From contig NC_086106.1 of the NCBI RefSeq assembly GCF_963921235.1, positions 20,956,001 to 21,020,000 of the forward strand: a stretch of DNA of 64,000 nt. Direction: 5' to 3'. Positions 33,711 through 46,743 of the stretch are shown piece by piece. The notes below the pieces were generated by a model. That model was given only the letters and a program-made list of their open reading frames with translations. It did not search any database and was not told where the DNA came from. Made by a program: the position numbers and the translations under genes. Positions within the stretch are counted from its first letter, which is position 1. Each line of letters opens with the position of its first letter. This DNA comes from Mobula hypostoma (taxonomy: Eukaryota).

Positions 33711-35715
33711 TTAAGGGGTTGGGGTGAGCGGAGGCATATTCTTGAGTCACATTCTTGTATAGTTCAAATGGTGTTTTGGAACTATCTGGATGAATCAGTT
33801 GTTTGTTTCCCGTCAGACAGTTCAGTCACCTGGACGGACCGTACCGCTTATAAACGAAGTGCGTAGTCGAATTTATTTGTATCATCAGGGTAATAGCTTC
33901 ATATCCCTTATTATTGCAGTTGTTTGTTTTTCTAAACAAACAGATGTAATCGAGTGAAACAAATACTTGGCCTGATATTTTCTTTATAGGTACAAATGGA
34001 GTTACGTCAAAGATTACCGCATTTTTTCAGTATTTCAGCAGATATAATTGCAGTTGATTTTTCTAATGCAAGGCAAAGCTGATGGACGAACTCAGTTGAT
34101 GAGAAACCATGTGGACGAAAACAATTCAGATGAACTCTGGCCTGATCCGTCGCCTTACTGTGGTGCAGAGTTTTTTTTTAACGTAATAAACATTAACCTA
34201 GTGGTCTGTAGATCCCAGTCTGGGAATCACTGGTATAGTGCTTCAACTTTCTTTTTGGCCGCAGACTGAAGAACTGAAAGTTTCTTGTGTCTTCTGTTTA
34301 TTTTAACGGCTTGAAATTCACAAGTTACGGGCATGAAACAGAGTGTGTAATGAAAATATTTATTTTGTTGTCATGTGAATCTTAGTGTCCACAGTAATAA
34401 GGCAACATCCCTAAAGATTTTTATTGCACAGAGAGACGCAGAGTGCGCGAAAGTCAAATCACAGAAAGTTCATTTTAAGGTGTCTTCTGATCAGTCCCAG
34501 ACTTTCTAAATGACAGCTTCTTAAAACGCTGTAACACATAGCGCCAGTTTTAGACTAAAAATAGCTGAAAGGAGGATTTTACATGGCCTGATTTTTGGAC
34601 ATTTTCCCTTCCATGCTTGCTACTAGGAGCTCAGATATGTCACATCAACGTCACAGCACTGTTATGGAGGTTAATCTGGGTACAGTTTGGTTGGAATAAC
34701 ACATATATTATTCATGAAGAACTTTCTTTGGATCTCATTGAAATGCGTCTAAAACAATTCATTATCATGGCATCCCACAGACGTCTCACTTCCAAATTGA
34801 ATATTTACGTCCAACTTGCTTTGTTTGCTGTGATTATGATTATATTATTATACTGTGTGTGTGCGTGTTCGTTTATATCTGTGTGTTTCCGCGTGTGTGC
34901 CCGTCATGCAGTTCAGACATAACAATTAAAATATGAACTTCTGCAGAGGAAGATTCACAGCTGAATATTGTGATATATGCATTGATCTGCACACCCGATA
35001 AGAAGAAATTTGTATTTCCAATAACTCATCGCAGTCCATTCTTTATACGGATTTTCTATATTTAAGTATGCCACCGTAATGGCGCAGTATTCCTTCAAAA
35101 TTCTGACTGAGTACCTTAGACCTAAAACATAGAGACTGTACCTCTACCGACAGATTTTACCTGACCTGCTGAGTGTTCACATGTTCAACATCTGCAGATT
35201 TATCTGATGATTGAGATATCAGAGTGAGTGTCTCAGCATGAAGTGCTAACAGCTAGCTAGTTCAGATTGGCCTGGCTGCCAGTGCTTTACATGGGAAGCT
35301 ACCTTCATACCCACTGTTTGTCTTCTGCCAATCAATCACTGCTGTAACCACGCCAGCAGCTCATAACTTGTTAAGCAGCCTACCATGTGTTGTGCCTGTC
35401 AAAGTCCTTCTGAAACTCCAAGAATACAACATCAACCGATTCTTTTTTGTCTTCTTCGGTGTTATTTCTTCAAGTAATTACAACAGATTTGTCAGGAAAG
35501 TTCTTCCCTCGCGGAAACCATGCTGAATGTGACCTGTTTTATCATATGTCTGTAAATACCCTGAGACCTCATCCTTAATAAGCATCTGCTTATTGGTCAG
35601 ACTGAATGGCCTATAATTTCCTTTCGTCTGCTTCTCACCCTTTTTGAAGTGCAGTGTGACATTTGCATTTTTTTTAGTTTTCTTCTAACTCATCCCACCC
35701 TTCCTCCTCCTCTTG

Positions 35716-35848
35716 NNNNNNNNNNNNNNNNNNNNNNNNNNNNNNNNNNNNNNNNNNNNNNNNNNNNNNNNNNNNNNNNNNNNNNNNNNNNNNNNNNNNN
35801 NNNNNNNNNNNNNNNNNNNNNNNNNNNNNNNNNNNNNNNNNNNNNNNN
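35716..35848. other. Assembly gap (133 N)
   Basis: Run of N. Confidence 1.
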
Positions 35849-35849
35849 T

Positions 35850-37365
35850 CTTCCTCCCTTTTTTCACCCTCTACTACAACTGTTGGAGGGCTTTTATCAG
35901 CTACGTGGAACAATCCATTTTCCAAGCCTACAGTCATGTCTGTCCCCAACTTTTTTACGCTACATCGACGACTGCGTTGATGCTACTTCCTGTACCAATA
36001 CCGAACTCGTCGAGGATTTCATATTTGCCTCTAACTTCCGCACTGCCCTGAAAAATACCTGGTCCTTTTAAGACACCTTCCTCCCCTTTCTCGATCTCAT
36101 TGCCTCTACCTCTGGAGACAGCGTGCCTATTGATATCTATTACAAACCAACGGACTCTCACAGCTACCTGGACTATAGCTCTTCCCACACATGTACTTGC
36201 TTAAACGTCATCTGCTTCTCTCAATTCCTCCATCTCCGTGGCATCTGTTCTCAGGATGAGACTATATAATTCCAGACAGGGCTGTCCTCTTTTATCAGTG
36301 AAATGACTTCCCTTCCTCTACCATCAGCACTGCCCTCATCTCTCCCATTTCACGAGCATCTGTTTTTACCCCATCCACCCGCAACCCCACCAGGGACAGG
36401 GTTGGTCTTGAACTCGCCTATAATTTCACCAGCCTTCGCGTCCAGCACATAATTCTCTGGAACTTTTGCCACCTCCAACGGGATCGCACCACCAAAAACT
36501 TCTTTCCTAGCCCCCCACTTTATGCTTTCCACAGGGATCGCTCCGTACGCAAACCCCTCGTCCATTCGTCCCCTCCCAGTGAAATTGTTCCTTGGCACTT
36601 AGCCTTGCAAGAGGAAGAAGAACACCTGTCCAGAAACCTCCTCTGTCACCAGCATTGAGGGCCCCAAACATTCCTTCCATGTGCGACGTCACTTCATATG
36701 CGAGTCTGTCGGGGACCTCTACTGTGTTCCGTGCTCCAGCTGTGGCCCCTTGTATATTTTAGATAGCACGTCCGTTTCACTGTGGTCCGCCAGTAGAAGC
36801 GGGATCTCCCTGTGGCCATCCGTTTTAATTCCACTGTCTATTTCCGGTACGATATGCCAATCAATGGCATCCTATACAAAGGCGAAGAGGCCATGCTGAA
36901 GTTGGAGGAACAACACCTTATATTCCGTCTTGGTAGCCTCTATGCTGATAGCATGAACATTAAGTTTTCGAACTTCCGGTAAAGAACCCCACCCCCACCT
37001 GCGCTCTTCTTCACTAGTCCTCATCCCCTTTTCCTTCCATCGCCTTGTCTCCATGCCTGACCATCGCTTACCTCTGGCGCTCTTTCCCTTTACTTTTCTC
37101 CATTACTTTCTATCTCCACTTGTCAAATTTCTCCTTCTTCAGCCCGTATCTGTTCAAATAGTCAACATTTTTTTCATCTCTTCCTCTCTCTGTTTCACTT
37201 ATCATCTTGTTTTTCACTCTCCCCTCCCCCGCCTTTTAAATCTAATACTCATCTTTCTTTTTCTCCAATCCTGCTGAAGCGTTTCGGCTTGGAACGTCAA
37301 AAGTGTTTTGTTTCTTCCTCATAGATGCTGCCTAGGCTGCTGCAATCCTCCAGCATTTTGACTGT
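35850..37365 (+). mobile_element. Penelope-like element (RT, GIY-YIG endonuclease, 3' terminus), decayed
   Basis: RT motif FLRYIDDC and GIY-YIG-like FICES.GDLYCVPCSSCGPLYI. Degenerate hammerhead-bearing terminus near 37270. Confidence 0.85.
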
Positions 37366-37493
37366 GTTCCCTGCAGAACACTGCTGTTTAAGGGGACTGC
37401 ACTGGAAACATACTCCATTGATTCCCACTCTTGACTTCATGCCTGTCAAAAATTCTTCCCATGCTACTATAGATCATTTAACAAACTGGTATA

Positions 37494-39116
37494 CAGTGGT
37501 ATGCAAAAGCTTGGGTACCCCGGTCAAAATTTCTGTTACTGTGAATAGCTAAACAAGTACAAGATGACCTGATTACCAAAAAGCATAAAGTTAAAGATGA
37601 CACAAGTCTTTAATATTTCGAGCAAGAATATGTTTTTATTTACATATTTTACATTTACAAAATAGCAAAAAATGCAAGGGTCCCGAAGCAAACTTAATGG
37701 GCAGTCTGCATGGTCAGTACTCAGTAACACGCCCTTCGTCAAGTGAACCAGCTTGCAAACGCTTTTTTGTAGCCAGCTAAGTCTTTCCATTCCTCTCTGG
37801 GGGACTTTCATCCATTCTTCCTTAAAAAAGGCTTCTAGATCTGTGAAATTTTGGGCCGTCTTGCATGTACTGTTCTTTTAAGGTCTATCCACAGATTTTT
37901 GATGATATTTAGGTCGGGGGACTGTGAGGGCCATGACGAAACCTTCAGCCCGCTCCTCTTGAGGTAGTCCTTTGTGGATTTTGAGGAGTGTTTCGCATCA
38001 TTATCCTGTTGCAGAAGACATTCTTTTTTTCATCATCAGCTTCTTTTTACAGACGGTGTGATGTTTGCTTCTAGAATGTGCTGGTATTTAATTGAATTCA
38101 TTCTTCCCTCTACCAGTGAAATGTGTCCCTTGCAACTGGCTGCAGCACAAGGCCAAATCATGGTCAATGCACCCTCATGTTTAACAGTTGGAGTGGTGCT
38201 CTCTTCATGAAATTATGCACCACTTTTTTCTCCAAACCTACCTTTGCTCATTACGGCCAAAAATATATATTTTAACTTCGTCAGTCCACATTACTGGTTT
38301 CCAAAATGTATCAGACGGGTTTAGATGTCCCTTTGAAAACTTTTGACGCTGCATTTTCGGTGTTGCTCACGCGGGAAAGGTTTTCTTCTGATGACTCTCC
38401 CATGAAGATCTTATTTGTGCAGATATTGCTGCAGAGTAGTACAGCGCACCACCACTCCAAAGTCTGATACATTTTCCTGAAGGTCTTTTGCAGTCAAACG
38501 GGGGTTTTGATTTGCCTTTCTAGCAATCGTACGACCAGTTCTCTCCGACAGTTTTCTTTGTCTTCAAGACCTCAACTTGTCCTCCTCCGTTCCTGTTAAC
38601 TGCCTTTTCTTAAATACTTTAAACTGAGGCATCGGCTACCTGTAAACGCTTCGCTATCTTCTTATAGCCTTCTCCTGCGTTAAGGGATCAATTATTTAAA
38701 TTAACAGGGTGCTAGGCAGCTACTTGGTGAGGCCAATGACTATTGATTACTCTGACAAGGTTTGTCGAGTCAGTCTATTTATAAAGATTTGAAGTTTGCG
38801 TAATCTGGCCTTTCCTAACGATGATTGTGGGCAAGCCATAGCACTAACAAACGAATTAAGGACTGAGACCTTGCCAAAAATTTATCTGAGAGCTGAAATC
38901 TCTCCGGTGCCTAAACATTTACATGGTGCTGCAATCCTTTATTCTCTCTAAAATTGTACGAAATAAAAATAATACACGACTGTTGCTTAAATTGTTGAAA
39001 AGGAAGTTTCATCTTGAACTTTATGACTTTTGGAGATCAGTTCATCTTCTATTCACTTAACTATTTACAGTAACAGAAATTTTGACCAAGGGTGCCCAAA
39101 CGTTTTCATGCCACTG
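37494..39116 (-). mobile_element. Full-length decayed Tc1/mariner DNA transposon with long inverted repeats and TA TSD
   Basis: TA|CAGTGGTATGCAAAAGCTTGGGTACCC...GGGTGCCCAAACGTTTTCATGCCACTG|TA. Inverted repeats match for well over 100 bp. Minus-strand frames give Tc1 transposase motifs (GEGYKKIA, WTDE, LQQDND.KH, WPSQSPDLNII) with stops. Confidence 0.93.
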
Positions 39117-39599
39117 TATACTGTTGTTAACCGGAGTCATCTGCGGCACCTAGTCAAAGACCATTTGTTTAAGCAACAATCAACAGATTTCCATTGTCTA
39201 TCATACCTTTGGTATTCTGAGAGAATTTCAACGGGTTTGTGAGGCAGCACTTCCATTTCAGGAAACCATTCTGTTTTTGGCCTGTTCTATCATGTGAGTC
39301 TAATTATCCTGAAACTTAATCGGTAATAATGGACATCGAAAACTTCAAAACTACTGATGTAAATCTACTTTTCAATATTGTCCTTTATTGCTCACAAGTT
39401 CTTTAAGTGTGAACTTCTATTTTCAATTGCCCTCCACCGATCTTCAAACTTTGACTCATCATCATTTATTCTCCAATCCAGAGGAATGATATTGGTCAGA
39501 AACATCGTCTGCACTCTCCTCCATAGATGCTGCCTGGCCATGTGAGTTAGTCCAGCATTTTGTGAGTGTAATTTCAACGTTCCGCATCTGGAGATTTTC

Positions 39600-40560
39600 T
39601 CTTGTTAGTTATTTCAATTTTCCAGTATCTATTGATTCTTGAATAATTAATAATAATGCCTCTACAATAGCTTCAGCTACCTCTTTGAGAACCCAGGGAT
39701 GTGTTTATTTTGGTGCAGTAACTTATCTGCCGTTCAGCTTTCCAGGCACACTCCCTTGTTAGTAGGAACTATACTGACTTCTGCACCCAGACAGCCCAGA
39801 ATTTACTCCGTGACTTCTGTAGTGAAGACTGACAAAAAAAATGCATCAAGGTCGACTACCATTTCTTTCTCTATCTTCTTTTCTGTCCCGCCAGTATCAT
39901 TTTTCCAGTGGTCCACTATCCACCGTCGTCTTTATTTCAATCTTTATATATCTGAATGTGTCCTCTTTTATATTACTGACTCGCTTACTTTCATTTCCTT
40001 GAATCTTTTGTATGTGTTTCTTGCCTTTGTCAATCTAGCTTTAATACGATTATGTTTTGCTTCGGTAAGTGTCGATTAAAATTTAACGAATCAGCGAACG
40101 TACTACATCCCAAAAGGCCTGGAACTCCTTCTTCTAGCAGATTGGATTGAAATCGACAAGGTTGATCGAGAGCGTGAAGGGGTTTTGGCTACAGTTGTTG
40201 ATATAGTTGAAATTGCTTAGCAAATTGAACCGGCTATGCTGCAGGTGCAGTGTAGATCGTTCCCAATGTCCCAATAAGTTTAATGAGAAAAATTCTCCAG
40301 TTTGGTCACTTATCTAAAGGCGTTCATTTCTGGACTCATTCTTGTAAATTACTTTTAGACCTCTCCGATACTTATGGATGATGTCTCAATTTGGCTCCAA
40401 AAATATAAACAATATTTTCTCAGAGGTGTTTATACTATCAGTTTTTCTGTCCTTGGTGATAACAATCATGACTTTAGTTTTCTGCATTCCAAGCAGGACT
40501 ATTTGCCTGCAATTGTAACTATTGTACAATCTGCACGTTTCTTCACTCCAGAATGTTAGA
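39600..40560 (-). mobile_element. CR1 LINE fragment (endonuclease-RT linker)
   Basis: Decayed CR1-type sequence similar to 24000-24700. Flanked at 39490-39600 by a PLE-terminus remnant. Confidence 0.6.
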
Positions 40561-40879
40561 GTCTGAATATCTTGCATCAGTTACCATACTTCACATGTAG
40601 CATTTAGATTTTGTTGTTATAGGATTGCTTGGAAACAAGTTTTATCTTCCTCTCTTGCCTTTTTAATACATTGAATTACCGCCATTGTGTTACATGCGGG
40701 CGACCTGGAGATCAAATGGCCCGTCTGTACTTCGTAAAGCACCCGCGGTTTCAAGATGCAATATTCTCAAAAAAAAAAGTAAAACCCTGCTGATAATTGT
40801 AAACAGATTACATGATATTGGTGCATGGTACTCATTATTGAGCGCAATTAAATCGATTATACTTTATTATCACAGACAT

Positions 40880-41120
40880 GTGCCTGTGTCGCTGGGAGTG
40901 CGTCTGTGTGCGTGCGTGCGACTCTGTGTTTCTGCGTGCGTGTGTGAGTGTGTGTTTTCGGGTCAGTGTGTGAGATCATTTCTACATTTTCTTACCTCTA
41001 CAGTTGTCCTCTTTTCTTGAAACATATCTTAAAATCTCATTTGAAGCTTACGGCTGTAGTTCTAACGTTATTATCACAGACGACTGCCTATGGACGTTGG
41101 CAGTATATGAGTTTGTGTGT

Positions 41121-41159
<39 letters not shown>

Positions 41160-41350
41160 CGTGTCTGTGAGTGTGTGCGTGTGTGTGTGTGTGTGTTTGT
41201 GTGCGTGAGTGTGTCCGTGTTTGTGTGCGCGCGCCTGCGTCTGTGTGAGCTTGTGTGTCAAAGTGTCAGATCATTTCTAAGTTTTCTTATCTCTACACCT
41301 GGCCTATTTTCTGGAGACATACTTGAAATAGTATTTGTAGTATCCCATTT
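40880..41350. repeat. (TG)n-rich microsatellites within a diverged two-copy tandem duplication
   Basis: Two TG-rich tracts, each followed by AGATCATTTCTA..TTTTCTTA.CTCTACA..TG.CCT.TTTTCT.GA.ACATA. Confidence 0.75.
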
Positions 41351-43229
41351 GATACGACCAGATGTAATTCTTCCACAGATTGATAAAAACACGTTTTATT
41401 GTAATTGAATTAAATATTTTACTTTACATTTCGATCGGAATTTATTTGACTATTATCTGAAGTTATTTATTTCACTTTATGCCCGTCTATTTCTCCTATC
41501 AATATAAGAATGGAGGAGAATTGGAAGTTTCTTTGCATACCCAGCCAATGACCTCAGAGTGAACAGCAGTCAACATCGATACTACGCTATGAATAATACA
41601 TATCGTGTCGTGCATTGATGGTGAAACGATTTTTTTTTCATCGCTGCTAAAAAGAGGTGTAACTGTTGAGCAGCAACAAAGCTACACTTGTGTCCCGGAT
41701 TAACCCAAAAAGAGAGCACGTGCAAGTAACAAAACAACAAATTGGCTGAATAATAATTACAAAATCACTCTGTACATTGATATTATTTCTCATATGGAGT
41801 TTTTCCTTATATTCTTCTCTGCACGGATCATCGTACTCATTGGATAAGCGAAAATGCGTTTGAACATTAAAAACATTTTGCAAATAAGTAACAGCATGTG
41901 TGCACACTTTACTAATGCATTGATACCACTTATTTCACTGTGAAGTGAATACGAAAAACAGTTGACCGCCAGGCAACAGGATGCAAAGGACACCCTTTGC
42001 ACGAGATAAATTCAACTCGTTTAATGGTTTTCCGTTACTCAGAAAATATTTCATCTCCCACCGCGGGGTTGGTGGGGGGGGGGGGGGACTACTTAATTCT
42101 GCTTATTTCCCTCTAAGTTTTCCGTAACTGCTTCTTATATTTGAGCTCCGCCCCCCCCCACCCCCGTGAATTCAAAGCAACATTTCCTCACGAACACCTT
42201 CAAGCGACTCAACTATGGAAAGCCAATTAAATAATTTTTTTGTGCAATCTATCTTTGCCTTTGTCGCACCCTCTCCACTGCCTGATGTGCCAAGAATATG
42301 AGACTTCGCAGCTCGTCCCCTATTTTGAAATTTTCTTATGCCTCTGATAGATGGATGATAAATTGAAATGCTCTTGCCTCGATGAGCTGGGCACTTCTTA
42401 TAAAGCACGAAAAATTTGGGTATATCTCGTTCAAACCGGCTTAGATGCGAGGGAGAGTAATGCCTACTTACGTCATCATTTTTCGTAATTTCCACTGTTA
42501 CTGCATTTATCCCTGTCCAGCCACCCGCCTTTTGAGGTAGTTGTCAAAGACCTAGAAGTGATGGGTGGTCACTGCACAAAATGTGCGGAGCCTGCATGTC
42601 AAGTAATTTGTGTTGTCCTTCTCAAATAGTTGCAGCAATAATGACAATAATCTGGAGGTAAAGCAGATGATGATTTATAACGATTTTACTGGGGAAGTAG
42701 AAGCAAGATCTGAGACGAGACTGGATAGCCATGGACGTTTCACTTCATGTGCCAGAAACCGAGGAGTTTATTTTAGCTTGTAGTCATTATTGCTGCAACT
42801 AGGTGAGTATAACTGCATAAATTACTTCCAATGCTCGATACGCAAGTCGTTGTGTACAAAATAATAGCAAGCCTAGCAAAGACGGACGTTCACAGACTTT
42901 CTGTACGATACTTTGCCGAAACAACAAAAGGCCATAGACATGCTGAAAAGAAGGATGTGATTGGCAGATTTCTCCATCAAAAAAGTTGATAAGTATATGA
43001 TACAAGCTGACAGAACAACTGGGAGATTTGGGTACAAATACACAATTAAAAGACAGTTGGGTCCACCACATTTTTTTTTGTGGACTTGTTTCTTTGTATG
43101 GACCCATTGGATAAAAGTTTACTATCTACTCTTCCTGATAAGTTAGCGACTTTGAGGCGTGCCCCTTTGACAAAATAGAACTGTCTGAGAGCATGGATTA
43201 AATACTTCTCTGCCCGACGGGGTTTGGGA

Positions 43230-44130
43230 TTCAATTCTTCAGTCAGTTATCTCAAACTTTTTATGTGCTCGCCACTGCCTTTTTGCCGCTCAAGTTTGTA
43301 CACAGGGCTCATTTGCCTAAAATTAAATTATCGCGGTTCTATTCCGATATTAGTCCCTTCTGTGACGAGTGTAAAGTGGGCGAGACGTCTCTTAACCATA
43401 TGTATTGGGCTTGTCCTTGTTTGGAGAAATTTTGGAGAGATGACTTTTTATCTTTATCCCATATCCATAATTGCCACTAACAACGTAAACCTTTGAGCTC
43501 TATTGTTAGAATTTTGGGTGAAGTTGACACGCATCTGACTCCGAATAAACGCCGAACATTGTCTTTTGCCTCTCTTTTGGCTAGAGATTTAGTTCTTCTG
43601 AGGTGGAAATATGCTGCCCCACCCACTCATGCTCAATGGCTTAGAGACATTATGTCCTGCGTCAACCTTGAAAAGATTCATTATTCACTTCTTAATTTGG
43701 AAATAAAGTTCCATAAGGCGTGGGGACCTTTTCTTGATTATTTTAGATTAAAGGTTTATCTGCCTTTGTCTTTCGGTACTTTAATCCGCTACATCCAGCT
43801 TTTTTTCTGGTTAAATTTTATAGTTTTTTTTATGATGGGAACTACATTACGGTTTAGGTAGTAGGTAATACACTTTTTTTTATATTCACAGCTCTGTGGT
43901 GACAAAAGTTCTGATCAACTTTTCTTTATAGCGTCATGGTTGGCTTGGAGCTATGTAGTGGGAGGGTGGGGACGAAACTAACTTTATATGATTTTATTTT
44001 GGGTGCTTTTTCTTTACTGTTATGAATTCTTCAGCAGACACGTTGGTTTCGCGCTGTATAAATCTCCCTTTTGTTTGTGTTGGTTTTTTTTTGGGAAAAT
44101 AGACAGTTGGGTGGGTACGTGGATAGGAAA
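43230..44130 (+). mobile_element. L1/Tx1-type LINE ORF2 C-terminus and 3' UTR
   Basis: CDECKVGETSLNHMYWACPCLEKFW (zf-RVT-like) and LRWK...PPTHAQWLRDIMSC.NLEKI.YSL....KFHKAWGPFLDYF. Confidence 0.85.
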
Positions 44131-45869
44131 AAGGATAGATTTGTATTGGCCAAATGCATGTCAACGGACCAGTGCAACAGGGAACATAGTTGGCATGGGC
44201 AAGTTAGAAGTGTCATATTCCCTGCTGTATCTATGTTGTGTAGAGTTGGCATAGCCTCCTGGTTGAACACCAGTTATTGAGTTACGAAATGATAACGTTG
44301 CTTCGTTGAAATTCGAATGATTTTTTTAGGAAAGTGGAAGGGCAAAACCCACGTTCTTAACCTGGTATCATTGAACGTCATTGTATCTTTCACCAGTTTT
44401 CTATCTACCAGTTTGACATACAATACTTAATTTAGAAAATACCAGCAAAAAGAGGGTTGAATAATATAACGCTGCATACGTCAGCAGTATCTTAACTGGC
44501 GCACTGTTGAGAAGTGAGCGCTGGAATAAACTTATCTGATGTGCGGTTTCAGGAATGACGGTGGTAAAATTTGTCAGTTTCCCCAAACGACGATACTGTG
44601 GTTTTCTTGCCTGGGACTTGAAACTTGAACAGCGAAGTTATAGTTAATCTGGTGCAGAGGTGCAGTAGGCAAATATTGAAATGGTATAAAACGACCAAGA
44701 TTAACATTCAGACAAGTGAATTTTCAAGCATCTATTTTGCCCGATTCATAAATCATAAATAGCCGTGAAGGGTAAAGCCCCGTGAGCATATTTCAACATT
44801 AAGATCAAATTTGTTATTTCTTTCCGAACACCAGACGGTGAATCAAGTATATCATGCAATGTATCTCAAATTTTATTTTATTTTTAAAATCCATAACAGA
44901 AATGTAGACTGATCCTCCAGGAAAATAAATACATAAATAAATAAATACATAACAAATAATGACTTGAAGGTTACTGCACTCTGGAAGCTTGGTATACCAA
45001 ATTTGCAGTAACTGAGGCAGGTTTACTAACTAATTCAGCTACAACATCTACAGAAGTGATCTTCCCTAAAGCCACTATTTAATCCTATAAAACATGGCCT
45101 TGTTATTATTTTTTTTCTCGTTTTTTTGATATTGGGAATTTCTTTTTCACGCACAAACGGCATATTTTAATTTATTCTTGTGCCTGCATTTCATTCTGCT
45201 AAAGAAAAGCAAATATTTTCTTTTATATTATATATCTAATTTCGTTAGGTGTAAATCGTGCTGACGAGACTCAGCGCAGACTCCATATCGACACGTGTTT
45301 TGTGATGCCAAAAGACTTACTGGAACTGGCACTAGACGTTGACTAATTTGCACGTGAAACTTGTCGGGTCAGGGCCGTTTTAATAGGTTAACCCTTTATG
45401 AACAATGAGAAAGTTCAGAACGGTTGTGAAAACTCCAGAGGGTGTTCCAAGGGCATTGTGGTCTGAGGGTGATTTATTTTTGGACTTCTCTGTTCCTCGT
45501 CAATTAACCGTGGGACAACCGTCCAGTATAGCGGGAGATCTCATTAATTCCTTAATCACTGGACAAACTGAAAGCATATTGTGGAGAGTTTTAAACAAAG
45601 TGTGAGGCCGAAGGAAAATCGGTTCAAAGTACATCACCTTTGTCAGTAGTTTCCCTGAGAATTTGAGAGATACATGAGAACAACACCGAGTGAATAACAA
45701 TAATTAAAAGAACAATATAAAGCTCTTCTGAAATCTATACGGTATGTTTTCCTTCAACTTTTATATTTGTTCCCTTCCAATTGCAATTATTGCATTTCAA
45801 TGGCATTGGCTGTTGAACAATCTGGCTGACCTTGATGACTTTTTTATTTGCTTTGCTCGAGGCCAGCAT

Positions 45870-46743
45870 CCATTTATTGCCGTCATCGCAGCAAGCGAAA
45901 ATCGGTAATGTATGGCTATTTGTTCCCTTTAGTAACCACCTCCAATCACTCCATACAAGGACTAATGACAGCATTCACAAACCTGCATGTTATATTATAT
46001 CAAAGAGCGCCTCACAAATAACTTCTTTGGAAATGATCTACAGTACAGTGGATCACCTGTTGCATCATTGTGTTTACTGTAGAACACGGAAAGCCAAGCA
46101 ACTTCATTCACTAATAGCAGGACAAAAAGCAGTTCCACAAAATGGTAGCTTCCACCCCCTAGCAGATGGAACAAAGATTATTGATCGCTCTTCTTCCACT
46201 GTCCTTAGCCATTCGACTGCGAAGTTTTCTTCCATATTATAAATCCGCCATGACCAACAGGATCTCTGATGTGGCGGCGGGTATATGGGGTGAAGCCAAA
46301 TGTGCGCGAAATGGACGAAATGTGGGTCAAGGCAACATTGATGGTGAAGGAATGGAAGCTCCCTGCTTTGAAGGTGGAGGACACCTCATTAGTTCTGGAA
46401 TGAAACAAAACAACACTTCAATTTGGGAGCAAATGACACGGAATAAAGGAAATGAGAGAAAGGGTTGTTTTTATTTACAAATGACAGGGAAGACGCATTG
46501 TACAGGTATGTGTGAATGTCAGTGGGTTTATAAAACCTATCAGTAGATAGACTGTCTGCAGAGATGGAAACAGAGAGATCAAGAAAGAATAAACTGATTT
46601 TGGAAATGGACAAAGTATATTTGAGCGTTGTGTGGAACATGGAGGCAAAGTTGATGACGTCGATGTGCTCAGCATGGATGCAGTAAGCAGAACCAAAGCT
46701 GCGTCAATGTAGCGTAGGAACAGTTGGGGAGTAATACTGATTT
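45870..46743 (-). mobile_element. Penelope-like element RT fragment
   Basis: PQLFLRYID and ..SLPFLDLSVSIS.D.LST..FYKPTD.H.YL.Y.SS in ORF 46389..46640. Confidence 0.8.

Noticed and set aside
44401-44586. Hydrophobic ORF end (KILLTYAALYYSTLFLLVFSK) as a TCR beta/gamma TM exon
   Set aside because: The conserved TM lysine is misplaced, splice phase is wrong, and no associated C exon was found.
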